A stretch of 64,000 nt of DNA from a virus: IMG/VR virus record IMGVR_UViG_3300045988_051021. One strand, 5' to 3'. The notes beneath the pieces were generated by a model that worked only from the letters and a program-made list of their open reading frames with translations, was not told where the DNA came from and made no database searches. Position numbers and translations under genes: made by a program. Below are positions 62,429-64,000 of this stretch, piece by piece; position 1 is the stretch's first letter, and every line of letters begins with the position of its first letter.

Positions 62429-64000
62429 TGGGGTGCATATATGATTACAAAGGACATATCTTCCAATCTGAGTTAGAGTTAGATGACTTCTTACTTGAAA
62501 GAAGGCATTTAGTATCTAAGTATGGGGACATTGTATTTGCCAAGAGTAATAGAGCTATTCAAACTTATGATTCTATAATGAATCTAAAGATGGATACTGA
62601 AGCCCTTAAGGCAAATAAGACTATCTCTGAAACGGAAGATGGTAAGAATGATATTGAAAACATTAATGTGTCTAGTAATGGATATATTGGTGTTAATAAG
62701 TTTCTACAAGGTCTGAGAAACCTAGACGGGGATTTATTATTCCCAGAATTTAGACCTGAGAACTATTGGAAAGAGATTAGACCAAGATGGGCTGGAGGTA
62801 ACTTTGATAAAGAAGAAGCTGCTGCCATATTTGGAGAGGGGGCTGAAACTAGACCCATAGTAAGTGATGAGGAATTTGCCAGAGCTAGGGAGGTTATTGA
62901 GAATAAATGGAAGACTCAGGGTAAAATAGGTACTGAACTTCATAAAGCAATGCAGAAGTATTTCAGTGAATCCAAGAGTGGAAGGAATATACGAGAGTCA
63001 GATGATAACTTCTTAATTAACACATATTTCCCATCAATCCTAGACACTAATTTAGTTCCTAGCAAAGTTATTGCTGAAACTGTTAAATACTGCCGAGACC
63101 TAGAGAAGTCCTTACAAAGGGAGTTAGGTGAAGACTTAATATACCTCCCAGAAGTGGCAGTCTCTGGAGTTACCTCACAAATAAATGAATCAGGCAATCC
63201 TAACAAGCTGTTAGGAGTTATTGACTTATTAGTAATTGATAAAAGGGGAAACGTTCATATTATTGACTACAAGACATCACCTAAACCTTATATAGGTACA
63301 GCCTCTGAAACTGGTTACGATTCCGCCAAGATTCTGACCTTTAAGTACCAGCTGGGTGTATATGAACGTTTATTAAGAAAGTATGGAATAAATACTAGTG
63401 GTTCTAAACTATTTGTAGCCCCAATCCAGCTATCTGATTTTAAAAGAGAAGGAGATGATTGGACTTACAGTGGTATAAAGGAATACTCCGGTCATGTTGA
63501 AGATTTAACTCAAGATATTAAGACCAATATTAATATTCAAGAGAACCTTGATGAATTCCTTCCAGCACCGTTTGTCACTAAAGCTACAACGGAAAACCTA
63601 CTCCAAACTGTAACCAGTGTAATGTCAAAGTGGTTCCCTAAATATGATAGCGTTCCAGGAGAAATCACGGATGATATGGTGGCTGAAACCATAAAAGAAG
63701 GAAAGGGTGACAAACCAAACCCAGAAACAGGTAAGTATGTATACTCTCCAAAAGGCAATGGGTATCCTCTTAGGGCAGACACGTACGAGGAGTTATTCAT
63801 AATGGTAAAGAGAAAGATGAATAGCGATGCTAATCGAAAAATAAACACCACTCAAGTTATTAAGGAGGGTCTAATAAAAGCTATAGAGGATGAAAATCCT
63901 TACTATGAGTTTACTAGGGCACAGATTCCTGATAATCCTAAAGGTGTAAATGGTTGGTTCCAAAGAAGGATGTCTAGATATTGTAATTCTAACTGGGAAG
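62428..64000 (+). CDS. PD-(D/E)XK (RecB-family) nuclease-domain protein, 3'-truncated by window end (absent from ORF track)
   Basis: The ATG at 62428 overlaps the upstream TAA (TAATG). I read the frame by hand as open to nt 64000 (>524 codons). GTELHKAM, GVIDLLVIDKRGNVHIIDYKTS (D..DxK, 63223-63273), YQLGVYERLL (QxxxY). Confidence 0.7.
   Translation, partial: MGCIYDYKGHIFQSELELDDFLLERRHLVSKYGDIVFAKSNRAIQTYDSIMNLKMDTEALKANKTISETEDGKNDIENINVSSNGYIGVNKFLQGLRNLDGDLLFPEFRPENYWKEIRPRWAGGNFDKEEAAAIFGEGAETRPIVSDEEFARAREVIENKWKTQGKIGTELHKAMQKYFSESKSGRNIRESDDNFLINTYFPSILDTNLVPSKVIAETVKYCRDLEKSLQRELGEDLIYLPEVAVSGVTSQINESGNPNKLLGVIDLLVIDKRGNVHIIDYKTSPKPYIGTASETGYDSAKILTFKYQLGVYERLLRKYGINTSGSKLFVAPIQLSDFKREGDDWTYSGIKEYSGHVEDLTQDIKTNINIQENLDEFLPAPFVTKATTENLLQTVTSVMSKWFPKYDSVPGEITDDMVAETIKEGKGDKPNPETGKYVYSPKGNGYPLRADTYEELFIMVKRKMNSDANRKINTTQVIKEGLIKAIEDENPYYEFTRAQIPDNPKGVNGWFQRRMSRYCNSNWE

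Noticed and set aside
212-63851. All other minus-strand ORFs in the track, e.g. 17216-17641, 31838-32242, 38553-38903, 58335-58691, 63537-63851
   Set aside because: Every one is fully embedded antisense in a + strand ORF that either has strong family motifs or is part of an uninterrupted multi-kb reading frame. None has a recognisable motif, an upstream gap or a promoter-like sequence. I conclude there is no minus-strand gene in this window.
1-64000. tRNA genes, CRISPR arrays, rRNA, integrase/transposase or terminal repeats
   Set aside because: The only non-coding gaps longer than 100 nt (2819-3026, 3561-3700, the intron flanks, 36529-36665) show no cloverleaf-compatible sequence and no repeat-spacer structure. 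No ORF shows recombinase or transposase motifs. This was a scan by eye, not tRNAscan or a CRISPR detector, so short or embedded RNAs could have been missed.
36666-64000. Stop-codon reassignment (TAG or TGA recoding) in the late/virion genes, as reported for some crAss-like phages
   Set aside because: The giant genes (5.1, 8.1 and 9.3 kb) are uninterrupted under the standard code and the early genes are also intact. Nothing in this window indicates recoding.

Overview
AT-rich, very densely packed 64 kb segment of a large tailed-phage genome. Every credible gene is on the + strand, and many starts and stops overlap (ATGA / TAATG / TGATG), which suggests long translationally coupled operons. The best interpretation is a crAss-like (Crassvirales-type) phage of an anaerobic Bacteroidota host. 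The grounds are a block of giant virion-protein genes that includes a 3092-aa protein with a DxDxD two-barrel RNA-polymerase-type motif, a class III anaerobic ribonucleotide reductase, and Bacteroides-type TTTG(-33)/TAnnTTTG(-7) promoter matches in the few real intergenic gaps.

Layout:
- 1-36.5 kb holds replication, nucleotide-metabolism and auxiliary genes: NT5C-like nucleotidase, RecB-family nuclease, NrdD/NrdG, SF1 helicase, dUTPase, ATP-dependent DNA ligase, family A DNA polymerase, UDG, NeuTTM-like CYTH triphosphatase, three metallophosphoesterases and a YqeY-domain protein.
- thyX is split by a group I intron carrying an HNH-type endonuclease. The intron's P, Q, R and S core elements are readable in the sequence.
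- 15.5-19.3 kb holds an RNA-repair set: Rnl2-like RNA ligase, a minimal CCA-adding enzyme and T4-like Pnkp.
- 30.3-35.1 kb holds a contiguous PncA-PncB-NadE-NadD-Nudix cluster. This is a complete nicotinamide-to-NAD+ deamidating salvage route, interleaved with small membrane/lipoprotein genes and one unknown gene. I rank it the most interesting candidate: a possible NAD+-reconstitution counter-defence system distinct from the phage routes I know of.
- 36.6-64 kb holds the virion-RNAP / ejected-protein block: a small low-complexity protein in its own promoter-terminator cassette, proteins of 1698, 612, 2689 and 3092 aa, an HExxH protein, and a 3'-truncated PD-(D/E)XK nuclease gene that is missing from the ORF track. 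The 2689-aa protein has an embedded complete SF1 helicase motif set.

By eye I found no tRNA, rRNA, CRISPR array, integrase or transposase. All family assignments rest on motifs read from the translations; no database search was run.
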